DNA from: an uncultured Gammaproteobacteria bacterium
Lineage (GTDB): Bacteria; Pseudomonadota; Gammaproteobacteria; Steroidobacterales; Steroidobacteraceae
Assembly: GCA_963699955.1 (NCBI GenBank)
Contig: CAVOVV010000005.1
Location: forward strand, 122,001 to 186,000
Length of the DNA: 64,000 bases
Reading direction: 5' to 3'
Shown: positions 62,292 to 64,000 of the stretch, in pieces
Layout: each line of letters opens with the position of its first letter
How positions within the stretch are numbered: the first letter of the stretch is position 1
Made by a program: the position numbers and the translations under genes
The notes under the pieces: generated by a model
Database searches by the model: none
The model's input: only the letters and a program-made list of their open reading frames with translations
What the model was told of the DNA's origin: nothing

Positions 62292-63428
62292 ATGGCTCAG
62301 CCCAGCTTTCAGGGACAGTTCATCTGGCACGAACTGCTTTGCAATGACACCGGCACAGCGACCGCTTTTTACGAGCGGATTCTGCCTTGGAAGGCGCAAC
62401 CCTTCAGCCCCGGCTCGCCCTACTTCCTGTTCAGGTCGACGGCTGGCAATCCCGTGGCCGGCGTGATGCGCCTGTCCGATGAGGCCCGGGCGGCGGGAAC
62501 CGCGCCTCACTGGCGAGGCTACATCGGCGCGGCGGATGTGGATGCCATCGCCGGCCAGGCCGTGGGCCTCGGCGCGCGTATACAGCAGCCCGTGCAGGAC
62601 ATTCCGGGCGTCGGCCGCGTCGCGCTGTTGACCGACCCGGAGGGTGCGACGTTCGGCGTGTATTGTCCGTTGATGAACTCCGATAGCGCGCCAGCCAGCG
62701 CCAGCTTTTCATGGAATGAACTGGCGGTACGCAATCGAGAGGCCGCGCTGGCGTTCTATCAGCGCCTGTTCGGCTGGAAACTGCGTCCACCCATGGATAT
62801 GGGCGGTGGGTTTTATTACCAGACCTTCGGCCTCGGCGATCAGGACTTTGGCGGCGCTTACACGATCCCCGCGGACCGGGCCATGCCGCCGGCGTGGTGC
62901 CCCTATGCCGCCAGCAGCAGCGCCGACGAGACCGCCGGCAAGGTGCTGGCCGCCGGCGGAAAGCTGGCCCATGGGCCCATCGAGGTGCCGGGGGGCGGAC
63001 GCATCGTGCAGTTCTTTGATGCCCAGCACGCATTCTTCGCGGTGCACTCGATGGCGGTCGCCGCGACCACCGGGGCCGGCAAGGCCAAACCCAAAGTCGC
63101 TGCCAGTTCCGCCCGGCCGGCGGCGAAGCGGGCGGCGAAGAAATCCGCCACCAAAAGTCCAAAGAAGGCGAGGTCAAAAATGAAAGCGAAGGCAAAGACG
63201 AAGGCCGCTGGACGACGTGCTGCCGGGCCTGTGACGAAGTCACGGCGCCGGCGTGTGGTGAGGCGAGTCCGAAGAGCCAAACGCAAGGTCGCTCGGGCGC
63301 TACGACGGGCCGCGGGGCCCGCGACGAAGTCGACGCGCCGCCGTGTGGTGAGGCGAGTCCGCAGAGCGAAACGCAAGCTGGTCCGAAAGGTCAGGCGGGC
63401 CAAGCGCAAGGTTGCGCGCAAGAAATAG
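62292..63428 (+). CDS. Two-domain VOC (glyoxalase/bleomycin-resistance fold) protein fused to a ~120-aa Lys/Arg-rich repeat tail
   Basis: FIWHELLCNDTGTATAFYERILPWK and FSWNELAVRNREAALAFYQRLFGWK begin two VOC repeats. From about residue 258 the sequence is KAKPK..AKKSATKSPKKARSKMKAKAK.. followed by two 30-aa units (AAGP(V/A)TKS(R/T)RRRVVRRVRRAKRK...). Confidence 0.7.
   Translation: MAQPSFQGQFIWHELLCNDTGTATAFYERILPWKAQPFSPGSPYFLFRSTAGNPVAGVMRLSDEARAAGTAPHWRGYIGAADVDAIAGQAVGLGARIQQPVQDIPGVGRVALLTDPEGATFGVYCPLMNSDSAPASASFSWNELAVRNREAALAFYQRLFGWKLRPPMDMGGGFYYQTFGLGDQDFGGAYTIPADRAMPPAWCPYAASSSADETAGKVLAAGGKLAHGPIEVPGGGRIVQFFDAQHAFFAVHSMAVAATTGAGKAKPKVAASSARPAAKRAAKKSATKSPKKARSKMKAKAKTKAAGRRAAGPVTKSRRRRVVRRVRRAKRKVARALRRAAGPATKSTRRRVVRRVRRAKRKLVRKVRRAKRKVARKK
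63219..63398 (+). repeat. In-frame 90-bp tandem repeat (2 units) encoding the arginine-rich tail
   Basis: Units at 63219-63308 and 63309-63398. Roughly the first 75 nt of each unit are near-identical, including the shared run gtgtggtgaggcgagtccg. Confidence 0.8.

Positions 63429-64000
<572 letters not shown>

Overview
This is a dense, visibly GC-rich chromosomal core segment with gammaproteobacterial-type synteny. I support about 58 protein-coding genes, almost all housekeeping. Many are translationally coupled through ATGA, GTGA or TGATG start/stop overlaps.

Gene order, left to right:
- cyclase-FHA fragment, pckG, yoaA-like helicase, tsaB
- a Pho block: phoB-phoR-phoU, dsbB, dapE, a porin, a second phoU and a lone pstB
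- dapD-glnD-map on the minus strand
- the classic string rpsB-tsf-pyrH-frr-uppS-cdsA-dxr-rseP-bamA-skp-lpxD-fabZ-lpxA-lpxB-rnhB-dnaE-accA-tilS-pyrG-kdsA-eno-ftsB-ispD-ispF
- smr, surE-pcm, an Mth938-like gene, an RpfE-like gene, recJ, prfB (programmed +1 frameshift present), lysS, murI
- a complete ADP-heptose cluster (GT9, gmhA, hldA, hldD, hldC, gmhB)
- an ABC transporter with no binding protein, a CDF metal exporter, a VOC protein with a long basic repeat tail, and the 3' part of nadC

I found no rRNA, tRNA, CRISPR array, transposase, integrase or phage gene, and no obvious accessory island encoding a multi-gene novel system.

The most unusual items are:
1. A 348-bp AT-rich noncoding island (46293-46640) with promoter-like signals, paired direct repeats and a long-range 24-bp helix that competes with a 9-bp hairpin. 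I read it as a candidate novel structured sRNA or switch.
2. A 1-nt frameshift that splits the essential enolase gene.
3. A rearranged Pho module with two phoU paralogs, an orphan pstB and a porin carrying a Pho-box-like site.
4. Basic, low-complexity C-terminal extensions on ribosomal protein S2 and on a VOC-family protein. The VOC tail is built from a 90-bp tandem repeat.

All functional calls rest on motif and family recognition by eye. No database search was possible.
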